Shown here piece after piece: positions 13,115 through 24,104 of a stretch of 64,000 nt of DNA. Source of the stretch: Lama guanicoe (Eukaryota); NCBI GenBank assembly GCA_013239625.1, contig MU054166.1:75319-139318 (forward strand), in the 5' to 3' direction. A program made the translations under genes and the position numbers. The first letter of the stretch is position 1. The number at the start of each line of letters is the position of its first letter. Below the pieces are notes generated by a model. That model had not been told where the DNA came from and did no database searches. It worked only from the letters and a program-made list of their open reading frames with translations.

Positions 13115-15594
13115 AAAATAGAAATTTACTAAAAGAAAAAACCTGTAAAAAATACTAAATTGTGGATGGGAAAACATACAGCATTAACAACAAATGGTTT
13201 GCTGTATAAATCAAAAAAATATATAAAGAATAATGACAATAAAAACAAAATCCATGGGGTATAACAAAAGCAGTATTGAAAGGGATGCTTATAGCAAAAT
13301 AATCCCACTTATACAAATAAGAAACATTTGTCTCATAACATTTTCTTGCTACCAAAAATGTAAAAAAATAATAAAAAACTTCTTAGTAGAAGGAAAGACA
13401 GCTGAAAGGACAGAACATATTTAAATAAAATAAGGATTAAAAATATAAACATTTAATCAAACTAAATAATGGCTTTTGAAAGATAAATACAGTTGATAAA
13501 CTTTAACCAGACACATGAGCAAAAAAGAGAGTTACAGATTACTAAGCTCAGAAATAAATGTGAAGTTGCAGCTTATATCAAAGAAATACAATGCATCATA
13601 AAATGATACAACAAATTATATGCCAATAAATTGAAAACCCTAGAAGAAATGGACCATTTCTTAGAAAGACTTAATCTGCAGAATCGAATGTGAAAGATAA
13701 TATGAATAGATTATCACAAATGAAGTTCAATAAGTATTTAAAAAAGTCACCCAAGAAACAAAATTTCAGGCCTAGACAGCTTCACAGGTGATTTCTACCA
13801 AACATTTAGAGAAGAGCTATCACCTATACTTCTCAGCATATTCCAAAAGTTTCGAGAGGAATGGAGGCTTACTACCCCACATTACTGTATCCCACTACTA
13901 CTAAAACTGGAAGAAATACCTCAAAAAATTACTACTGATAAGCATAGATGCAAAAATAACCACTAAATTGTTAGCAAATCCAACAATACATTAAGAGGAT
14001 TATACAATATGGTTAAGTCCATTTTATTCCAGGGATGCAAATGTGATTCAATACCTACAAATTAATCAGTATGATACACCACACAAACAACCTGAAGAAT
14101 AAAAATTATATGGTCACATCAATAGAGTCATAAAATATTTTGAGAATTTCAGTATCTATTTATGAATATATTTCTCCTCAAAGTGGGCATGATGAAACAT
14201 ATCTCAAAATAGTTACGGTCATATATGACAAGAACTCAGCTAACATGACACTCACTGATTAAAACCTGAAAGCATCTCAAATAAGAGCAGGAAGAAGACA
14301 AGAATGCTCACTCTTTCCACTTTTATTCAGAATAATCTGGAAATTTTAGCCATAGCTATCCAAAATAAAAGGAAACAAAATATAGCTAATTAAGAAAAGG
14401 AGTAAAAGTATCTGTTTTCAGATGACATAATTCAAACAGATATCCTAAAAATGGTGCCACAAAACTACTAGGGCTTATCAATGCATTTGATAAAATTTCA
14501 GAATGTAAAATTAACATACAGAAATCTTGCATTTCTACACACTAACAACAAGCTAACACATAGAGAAAGTGAGGGAACTGTCACATTTACAGTTGCAATA
14601 CAAAAAAAAATCAAGAAATGTATACAACCAAGGAGATAAAAGACCTGTACTCAGAAAACTATAAAATATTATAACAGAAATTGAAGTTAATGCAAACAGA
14701 TGAAAGGGTATAAGTTGTTCATAGATGAGGAATAAAATATTGTTTAGATGACAGTATTAGCCAACAAAATACACAAATTAAATTCAGTGCCTATCAAAAT
14801 ACCATAGGCATTTTCAGACACTTACAATAAATAATTCTAAAATTTACATGTAAACACAAAAGAGATGAAATCACTAAAAAAAAAAAGAAAGGAAAGAATA
14901 CAAACAAACTAAAAACACAAACAACTTTAATAAAGAACAAAGAGGATGTATCACTGTCCCAGGTTTTAAACGAATACAAAGCTACAGTATTAAAAAGAAT
15001 ACGATAGTGGCACAGAACAAACAGAATAAAGGAACACAGCAGAATGTGAAAATAAAATCAGACAGATATGGTCATTAAGCCCATTACAAAAAATGATGAT
15101 ACAGTGGGGGAAAGGTAACCACCAGGAACATGAAACCGATGAACCTCACTTACCATCAGAAAAATGCAAGTCCAAAAAACAATGAGATTTTATGTCACTC
15201 CTATCAGAATGAGTATTATCAAAAAGATAACAAACATAACTGTTGGTTAGGATGTAAGAAAAACAACCCTGATCTACTGCTGGAGTGAATGTAAATATGT
15301 GATGCCATTGTGGAAAACAACATGGAGTTTTATCTTAAAATCAAAAATGAAATATAACACAACATATACATATCGGGATACTTATTCCAAGAAAATAACA
15401 ACACTAATTAGAAAAGATAAATTCAACCCTATATTCACTGCAGCATTATCCACAATAGACAGGATATAGAAGCAAATTAACTGCTCATCATTAGATGATG
15501 GATAAAGATGTTTGTTTATAGTTTATATACCTACACACCTTATGTACAGACTTATGTATATGTATATATACACATATATTTTAAATATATATAT

Positions 15595-15634
<40 letters not shown>

Positions 15635-16505
15635 CACAAATAAAAAAGCAATGGGCTATTACTCAGCTCTAAAAAGAATAATTTCTTGCCATTTGCAAAA
15701 ATGGGTTGACCAAGCGGATAATTTGCTAAGTGAAATAGTTAAGAAAGTGAATGACAAATGCTGAATTATTTTACTCATATTTAGAATTTATAACAAATGA
15801 ACATAACAACACAGAAAAGGATTTATACATATAGAAAGAAACAGGTTGTTCACAAGAAGAAGGGAAATGTGGTGAGGAAAAGAAAAAGTTGAGGATATTA
15901 AGAGAGAAAATTTTCCAGTTGCAATTTAAATGAGTCAGGGACAGGAAATGTACTGTATGGGGAATAGCCAATAACTATTAAATATTTTTAAATAGCAACA
16001 TATCATAACTAGATATATTCTGGTGAAGTTTGAAATGTATTAAAAACAGCAAACAGTATATTGTGTAAGAGAAACTAACACAGTGTTATATATAAAAGTA
16101 CACTTCAAAAACAAGCAAACATACATACAGAAAAAAATTAGATTAGTAGTTAACATAGGGAGGGGTCGGGAATGGAGAATTTGATTAATGCACTCAAAAG
16201 CCAGAAATCTCCAGCCGTAAAATAATCGTGTCCTAGGGATGCCCCATAGAAACATGAAAATTAAAATTAATACTGTTTTATGTTCTAAATCAATGTTGTT
16301 AAGAGAGTAGACCAAATTATTTCTCAAAAAAACCAAAAGACAAATTGCATTTGTTTACAATTTTATCTAAATGAAATAATTAATACTCCCTTAAGTTGCA
16401 ATGATATTTATTTCATGATACTTGTAAATCAAATCACTATCCTGTGCACCTAAAATTACACAGTGTTTTATGCCAATTATATCTCAATAAAAGTGGAAGA
16501 AAAAA
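13115..16505 (+). mobile_element. LINE-1 (ORF2 part and L1MA-like 3'UTR), with internal deletions
   Basis: ORF2 text 'aaccctagaagaaatgga', 'tccagggatgcaa', 'cagatgacataat'; 3' end 'gccaattatatctcaataaaagtggaagaaaaaa'. Confidence 0.85.
15599..15638 (+). repeat. (TA)n(CA)n microsatellite
   Basis: About 14 TA units followed by CA units; the paralogue at ~49555-49585 is shorter. Confidence 0.9.
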
Positions 16506-19500
16506 TGGAAAGTCAATGGTCACTATTTCCCATGACATTTCTCATTGTTGTTTATGCAGCAAGTAAACTTGAGTCATGATATACTTATCCTAGGTAAAGA
16601 AACAAATAAATACGTGATTCTAATAAATTATACATAAAGATACAAATAAAATTAGTGTTTTATCATGCCTTAAACTTTCTTCATGTTAACAGCCCACTGC
16701 TTCTGTAGGCATCAAAATTGCACTTTGTGTATTCATCCGAGATTAGGGAATGGATACAAATTTTAATCCTGGCTGCTTTTGCTGTGAGTGACAAAGTTCA
16801 CTGTCTCAGAACGAAAGTCTCATTTCCACGAGAGCATTTGTAAAAATGAAACAGGTTGCTAACAATTTCAGAATGCTAAAATCCCAGAAATCCTAGAATT
16901 CTTAACTGTTTTACAATGGGAATGCAATACTAACAAAGACTTGATTTTGGGTAACAATGTGGTGTTTTCCCATGATTGAATTATGGGATGTGAGGATAAT
17001 TCCTGACATCCAGAACAAACATTCTCTCTCAAGTGCTGGGCAAAGAACTGTAAAGATTCTGCATTTTTAGGACTGAAGACTGCTTTCAAAATGATGATAT
17101 GCTCACTCTATTCCAGGTAGTCCAAAGAAAGAAAGGTTATTGCAATTTGTAAATTAAAGGGAATAAATCAGCAGTTCACTCCCTATAAATTAGTCAAGGG
17201 GTGTTCAAATACAAAATAAGTTGTTTTAACAATGAGAATTAAAAGAAAAAATTAAACATAAGCTTATATTAAAATGGATACACAGTTCTGTGCTGGGCTC
17301 TTGGGACTGGAGAATTTATATGCCTCTGTCCAATTCAAGGGTTCAGTGGCTTTGCCCTAGCATTAGCTTGGGATTCAATGAAAAGGTAACAATTAGTATA
17401 CTGGGAAAAATATATTCTGCCTCTCCCTGATCAGAAGAAAATCTGGTGGCTAAATGAAACTCTTAATTCACAGAGATTCTGCCAGATGCAGAGGAATATT
17501 TCACTAATGACTCAACTAAGACAAACTTAGTTACTTATTAACAATCCATTTTCACACACACACACAGTGGTAGAGAGATTTGTAGTATATAGTGGGAAGA
17601 ATTCATTGGGCAGAGCTCAGAGAACAGTTTTCAAACACCAGCTAACTTTTCTACTTTGCCAGTAATCTAGATTTTGCCAGGTAGAAAACTACAGATGGAC
17701 AAACAAACAATATAATTCTTTAGGATTTCTAATTTTGAATTTAAAGTGTAGATTTTGACTTATCAGTATAGAACCTTGTTATGATGATCACAGTAAGACC
17801 CAGTGTGTGATAATAGAGCTGGAAGCTAGCCGCTGAACCAGCCCATCTGAACCCCAGACTGCTAATGTAAGCAACAAAATAGTCACCATCATAGTTGATC
17901 TGACAAATTTAAAAGCTTGATATTTTTGTTTTAGGAAATCAACTGCTGTCCAGACACAGATCACCTGCTGCAAGTGGGCTCTTTTTTTCTCTTGGTAAAG
18001 GTCATATTGGTGGGATAGTTGCTAGAGCTTACCCTGACCCATTAACCCATTCTCCAGATTATCAAAGGCTTTCTTCACAACAGGTGACACATTTTCAGGA
18101 CTCAATGTTGCCATTCCAGTCTTATCAGCTGACACTGGCTGCATGATTGTGAGCAGAAACCTTAGGCTCCCTGACCTTGCCTAAAATTTTCCAGCATTTC
18201 AGGGCATTTCACATTCTGAAAATGCTTCACCTTTTATTTAAAATGAATGGGAAATTGTCAAAGTCTTCCATGAATATTTTATATTTCCTAATATCTGCAG
18301 AAATTTGGTATTCTTGCAGTTGGACAAATTTTTAATTCTACCAACATCACCTCTTTTTAGTCCACACATTTTGATTGCAGTTTGGTTACTGAATACGACC
18401 ACCCCAACCATGGGTCTATTACCTCTAAGATGCTTCCTGTGTGAAGGTTAGAAAGGGCACAATTTATATGGGGTGTATAATCCTACATTAAATCTTTGCA
18501 AAGACACTGTCTCTTCTGGATAAAGCTCTGATTCTAAGAAGTAAATTAATTAGAAGTCAGTATATTTATTGATATGAGGAAGAGAATCAGCTATTTTGAG
18601 GTTGGTGGGTGATGAAGAGACAGGAAAAAATTAAGCAAATGAGAATGGAATGCTTTAGGCCTCTGGAGGCATGAATTAAGAAGAAAATAATACTTTGTCT
18701 CCTGTACCTACCTCCAATTACTGTCTTGAGTGACTAGTCCTTGGGCTATGAAAGAGCTAGTTTGTGGTGAAAAGTAAAGACCATAACGAAATAGTTTGAA
18801 AACCATGAGAGTTCTGTCGTTGCAGGAAAGTAGATTTTGCTTAAAGTAAACATGTATTTTTCATTCACTCAATATTAAAATGCATCCTGTGGCATGTGAT
18901 TTGCTTGCTGTGTTTGTATTCAAGTTAAACAAGGAAAGGGGGATAGACAGAAAATATCTGCAGGATGTGGTTTCTGTGCTGAGACTGGGAAAATGTATTT
19001 AGGTAAAAGGAGGTCATCCTAAGTCCAAGGATGAGCTGGAGCAAAAGTTGTGAGGATGGAGCTAACATAGTTGAAAAGCATTTGCCTGGATATATCTCCA
19101 GATACAGTGAATCATAAAGATATGCCAAGGTATTCAGATGCCAGATCTAAAAAGAAATGACTATACTATGTTGAGTTTGTGGGCTTACATTTGGAAAGGC
19201 ATTAAATACCACCCTGAGGATGTAAGCTTGACTTTGGCTGGAATATAAAAGTAACATTAAGTATTGACAGGAAAATATAGCATAGAATATTGAGGGCAGG
19301 AAAAAAAGCACCAATTGGAATGCTTTGAGAACAGCACAAAGAAAACCATAGACAAAATGAATTCTTAAATTCTTCCACATGCTTAATGTGCCATCTGAGA
19401 CTACATCATGTGATCTTTATGATTCCAGGGATGACATAATAGAGATCATGATCCCTGGGCCGGTTCCTGCATTTATCTTCTGCTCCAACCTATCCTAACT

Positions 19501-19755
19501 TAACACTTTTAATACTTTCCAGGATGAACCAGAAACCATTTAGTACTTTTACCTCACTTCATGTTTTAGTATTTTTCCAAATTCTTCCATTTTCTCTCCT
19601 TCCTTCCAAGAAATTATATAAATTTTCACCCATATTTTTCCATCAAATGATCATATCAATTAAATATCTCTTTTTTCTTTAAATGGTAATTATGTTCCCG
19701 TTTAACACTTTACTCTTTTTTAAAAAAATAACTAACATACAGGTACAAATCAATG

Positions 19756-19761
19756 TTTATT
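19756..19761 (-). terminator. Polyadenylation signal AATAAA of HSFY copy 1
   Basis: TTTATT on the plus strand, 94 nt beyond the stop codon. Copy 2 has identical spacing (53711-53716). Confidence 0.7.
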
Positions 19762-19854
19762 TTTTAAAAAAGAAAATTGGAGTCAATTGTCGACATTTGC
19801 AAACATCAATATTAATCTTTGTTTTCCTTCATAATCTGGAAGTCCTCTGGTATA

Positions 19855-21462
19855 TCAGTTGTAATAAGGATGACGTTCATAAACTGAAGATGACTGATGA
19901 GTTGGCCTTGAAAGAGAGGTAGCTGATGTATCAGCTATCACTTTCACTGGAAACCGTGGGTTGCTCCCAGGTTGAAGTTTAGAAAAACGACCTTCATGGG
20001 CACATATGCTGTGATATTTATTTGTAAAATTTGAAGGCTCCACCATTACTCCAAAATAATTGCTCTGTATGTGAGACAAGTTGCTGTACTGAGAAGTAGA
20101 AGTTGTAGTTGTAATGAAGTTCAAAACACGGCGATTTGCTTCAGTGTAGCTGCTTTGATAGTGCTCGTGGACAGTGGTCAACTGATTTAAAACAACACGT
20201 TGATCCACTGCAATTTGTTTTGGTGGTCTAACTGACACTGATGATGGAAGAGAAATATCACCTCTGATCGGGGTAGTTGTATCACCAATTATGTGGCTAG
20301 TAGAGGGCTTTCTTATTAGAGGCATGTTTAAATTTGCAGAAGGTAAAAATGCACTTTCTCCACTAGTGTCAGCCACAAAATCAGAATTATGATTTTGCAC
20401 ATTACCCCCTGCTTTAAAGTGCTTCTTTTTGAAACCTTCAGCCAATGAATATACCAGAGAGGCATTTCTAATCCCAACTCTTCTTTTTATTGTCACTAAA
20501 AGCTGGGGACTTCCCCGTTTAAGATTTGGATTATGGCAGAACTGCAGCTACAACCATAGGAGAAAGATTTTACTAATATTTTAAAACAAAATACAAGACT
20601 ACAATAAGCCTAACCTATAAAACCTCAGATTTCATGATTAACATGCAAAGATAATATTATCAAAATATGAACATTGCTGACTGTGTTTTGAAACTCCTTG
20701 TTTGGTATATACACATTTAATTAGTATAATCATGAAATTTAAGAAGTTAGCATTTGCAGTATCGGTGAAAGCCACTTTTTAAAAGCAGCTTTAATAGCTT
20801 TACTTAGATATCTTGTAAGATTCATAGTTGCTGGGAACGTTTCTCATAATCTTGAATACTTAAAGCATTGTCTTCATTTTTACAAAAAATAAAGAATTTT
20901 AGCCTTTGTAGTTTTATACAATTTTCAAAATCTATCTTTACGTTTATATTACCATATTTTGATGTACAAAATAAAATTTTATATATACGTTACCAAGTCA
21001 TAACTAAAATTACTGTATACCTTGCTTAAAACAGAGACTACATTTTCTTCTGCCAGAAAGTCAGCTAGACAAGTAGATCATTGAAAATTATGCCGACCTT
21101 TAATAAACCCATAAATGTTAAGCTGTCTAAGTAAACTTCATACTTCCAGTTTCAAATATTCTGAAAGGGTCCTTTCTTTCCAATACTTCCTACTTAAACA
21201 CATTTTCATCAATCACTATGGAAGTTCCATTATCATCCCACCAGATGGATTTAAATTGGTCATTCCCAGCCATTTTCCAGAGTATTCTTGGAAATATCCG
21301 AAAACGAAAATCATTATCTTCATCTGGTTCACAGACACCATGTGTGTAGCATGGTCTTTTTATCAAGGATTCTTCAGACAAATTCTGAAAATCATTTTCT
21401 TCCATCATACACCTCAAGTCCAAGTCCCCAGAGAATGTTCGATCACACAATAGAGATCTACC
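19855..21462 (-). pseudogene. HSFY: HSFY-family pseudogene, copy 1. Exon 1 21021->21462 (5' end in the N-gap), intron 20548-21020, exon 2 19855-20547
   Basis: Translation 'LCDRTFSGDLDLRCMMEEN...DNDF...FPRILWKM...QFKSIWWDDNGTSIVIDE...VLSK|LQFCHNPNLKRGSPQLLVTIKRRVG...LNQLTT...HPYYN' matches the HSF DNA-binding domain and C-terminus of mammalian HSFY as I recall it. Donor AAG|GTATAC, acceptor TTGTAG|CTG. Lesions: TAG 21190-21192, a 2-nt deletion near 21138, TGA 21078-21080. Confidence 0.93.
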
Positions 21463-22225
21463 NNNNNNNNNNNNNNNNNNNNNNNNNNNNNNNNNNNNNN
21501 NNNNNNNNNNNNNNNNNNNNNNNNNNNNNNNNNNNNNNNNNNNNNNNNNNNNNNNNNNNNNNNNNNNNNNNNNNNNNNNNNNNNNNNNNNNNNNNNNNNN
21601 NNNNNNNNNNNNNNNNNNNNNNNNNNNNNNNNNNNNNNNNNNNNNNNNNNNNNNNNNNNNNNNNNNNNNNNNNNNNNNNNNNNNNNNNNNNNNNNNNNNN
21701 NNNNNNNNNNNNNNNNNNNNNNNNNNNNNNNNNNNNNNNNNNNNNNNNNNNNNNNNNNNNNNNNNNNNNNNNNNNNNNNNNNNNNNNNNNNNNNNNNNNN
21801 NNNNNNNNNNNNNNNNNNNNNNNNNNNNNNNNNNNNNNNNNNNNNNNNNNNNNNNNNNNNNNNNNNNNNNNNNNNNNNNNNNNNNNNNNNNNNNNNNNNN
21901 NNNNNNNNNNNNNNNNNNNNNNNNNNNNNNNNNNNNNNNNNNNNNNNNNNNNNNNNNNNNNNNNNNNNNNNNNNNNNNNNNNNNNNNNNNNNNNNNNNNN
22001 NNNNNNNNNNNNNNNNNNNNNNNNNNNNNNNNNNNNNNNNNNNNNNNNNNNNNNNNNNNNNNNNNNNNNNNNNNNNNNNNNNNNNNNNNNNNNNNNNNNN
22101 NNNNNNNNNNNNNNNNNNNNNNNNNNNNNNNNNNNNNNNNNNNNNNNNNNNNNNNNNNNNNNNNNNNNNNNNNNNNNNNNNNNNNNNNNNNNNNNNNNNN
22201 NNNNNNNNNNNNNNNNNNNNNNNNN
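21463..22225. other. Assembly gap (763 N) covering the start codon and promoter of HSFY copy 1
   Basis: The flanks match copy 2 at 55411 and 56235, which span 823 nt. Other gaps: 23-34, 31384-31673, 37074-37250, 37977-38167, 58749-58918. Confidence 0.95.
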
Positions 22226-22939
22226 NTCAGAGGATTTTCAGTCCCTAGAAGGAATAAATTTTCTTGTCATCTTTATAATCAATACTCTTGGGGCTTCTGT
22301 TAAGTGTTCCAAAATGATGTTGATAAATACACTTATACACTGAATCCTGGGTTCAATAAACAGTGCCTCCATTAAGGGGAAAACAAACAATGAAAAACAA
22401 AGAAATAACAGTATATGTGAGTTGGGGTGGAAAAGACAGGTAATGCATCTTAGGAAGCAATATGTTTCTCAGTCCTGAAACAGTTGTCATTGTTTGTATA
22501 ATGCAGCATTTTAAGGCAAGTGTTTTGTACACTAATTGTTAATAATAGCTAGGTTCTGTATCACTAAACTGTAGTAAATCAAGTTCTACCAAAATTTGTA
22601 TTATTTTTTTAGACATAAATTCCATTAAACATAAGCCAAATTCAAAATGATAGATAAAATCTTTAAATAAATAAATGTTCACTCAAGTTACAATGTAAAT
22701 TTTTCCTTCAGTATGTGTATATTCCATTCTAAGTAAATATTAGCTACTGAATTCATGGTGTATTATAAGTATTTTAAACTGTAGTTAAGTTGGATTTAGT
22801 CCTGATTCATAAATTTTATTTAACATATGCAAATGAATAAATGAGATACCATCCCTTAAATAACAAAGTATTCAAAAATAACAATCTCAAAATATGTAGG
22901 AAAATTATTCAGAGATATGATCTTAACTTGTTTATAAAA

Positions 22940-23515
22940 AAATTTCTTAACAAATTTGCTCTAGATAGAATATGACTAAACATAGTAAAAGCCGTATATG
23001 AAAAACCCATGACTAACATCAAGTTAATATTAACATACAGGAAGTTTTTCCTCTGGTCCAGTAATAAGAATAAGTAGCTCATTTCACAAGACCTAAATTA
23101 CACTACTAGAAGTTCTAGCCAGAAGAACTAGTCAAGAAAAAATATAAAAGGCATTCAACTTGCAGCAAGCAGTAAGATTTTACAGATGACATAATTATAC
23201 GTAGACAGAAAACTACATACACTCCTACAGTGACTGTTAGAAATAATGAACAAACTTAGCAAACTTGCAGAATACAAAATCAATATAAAAATATCCATTG
23301 AATTTTTATATAATAACAACACATTATCAGAAAGAGAAATTAGGAAAACAATTTTGTGTAAATTTATACCAAAAAGAATAAAATAGGAATACATTTGATA
23401 AGTGAAATTAAAGATCTAACTCATAGATCTATAAATTACAGGTGAAAGAAATATAAATAAATAAATTAAGTATAAAGATATTCTGTGCTTACTGATTGTA
23501 ATAAATGTGAGGAAA
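22940..23515 (+). mobile_element. Old LINE-1 ORF2 (RT) fragment
   Basis: 'aaaagccgtatatgaaaaaccca', 'tacagatgacataatt', 'cagaatacaaaatcaatat'; the paralogue is at ~56950-57525. Confidence 0.75.
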
Positions 23516-23529
23516 TACTCTAATCTATC

Positions 23530-24055
23530 TTTCACATGTTCAATCTCCCCTGCACTACTTATTGAGGAGAAACTCTTTTCTTCATTTCATACTCTTGCTT
23601 CGGTTTTCATGGGTTAATGGGTTAATTGATCATATGTGTGAGGGATTATATCTGGTCGCTCTATTCTCTTCTACTAATTAGTGTCAGTTTTTGAGCCAGT
23701 ATCATGTTCAAATTACTAAAGCTTTGTAGGACTGTTTAAAATCAGAGAACTTTACACTATTATATTTAATAATCTATTTCAAGTTTATTTTGGCAACTCA
23801 AGATTTTTGTGGTTACATATAAATTTGAAATTATTTCTTCTATTTAATGGAAAAATCTCATGGGTATTTTGTCTTGAATCACACTAAATGTAGATTCCTT
23901 TGGGTAGTATGGTTGTTTCAACCACATTGTTTCACATCATTAACATAAGATATATTTTCATTTCTTTGGATCAATTTCAATTTCCTTCATAAATGTTTTT
24001 TATTTTTTAATGTATAAGTTTCTCCTTATTTGTTAACTTCATTTGTAGGTATCAT
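23530..24055 (-). mobile_element. Old LINE-1 ORF2 fragment
   Basis: Reverse L1 text 'ttaattgatcatatgtgtg', 'tgtagattcctttgggtagtatgg'; the paralogue is at ~57540-58060. Confidence 0.7.
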
Positions 24056-24104
24056 TTACATATATATAATTATATACATTACATTTCTAAACACATTTCC
24101 CACA

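Noticed and set aside
11440..16505. Opposite-strand L1 pieces meeting at ~13105 as one twin-primed inverted insertion
   Set aside because: The plus-strand piece runs past the expected inversion point and has its own 3' end, so these are two elements.
17788..19380. Short paired ORFs (17788-17973/51742-51927, 18925-19128/52817-53083, 19147-19380/53102-53323)
   Set aside because: Short, mostly non-ATG starts, with frames shifting between copies. The similarity reflects the duplication only.
19855..20496. 213-aa ORFs (also 53810-54451) as stand-alone genes or processed pseudogenes
   Set aside because: They start at GTG inside HSFY exon 2, and the GT-AG intron is present, so these are unprocessed genomic duplicates.
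21288..22343. 351-aa plus-strand ORF and other X-filled ORFs
   Set aside because: Artefacts of translating through N-gaps; this one is antisense to HSFY exon 1.
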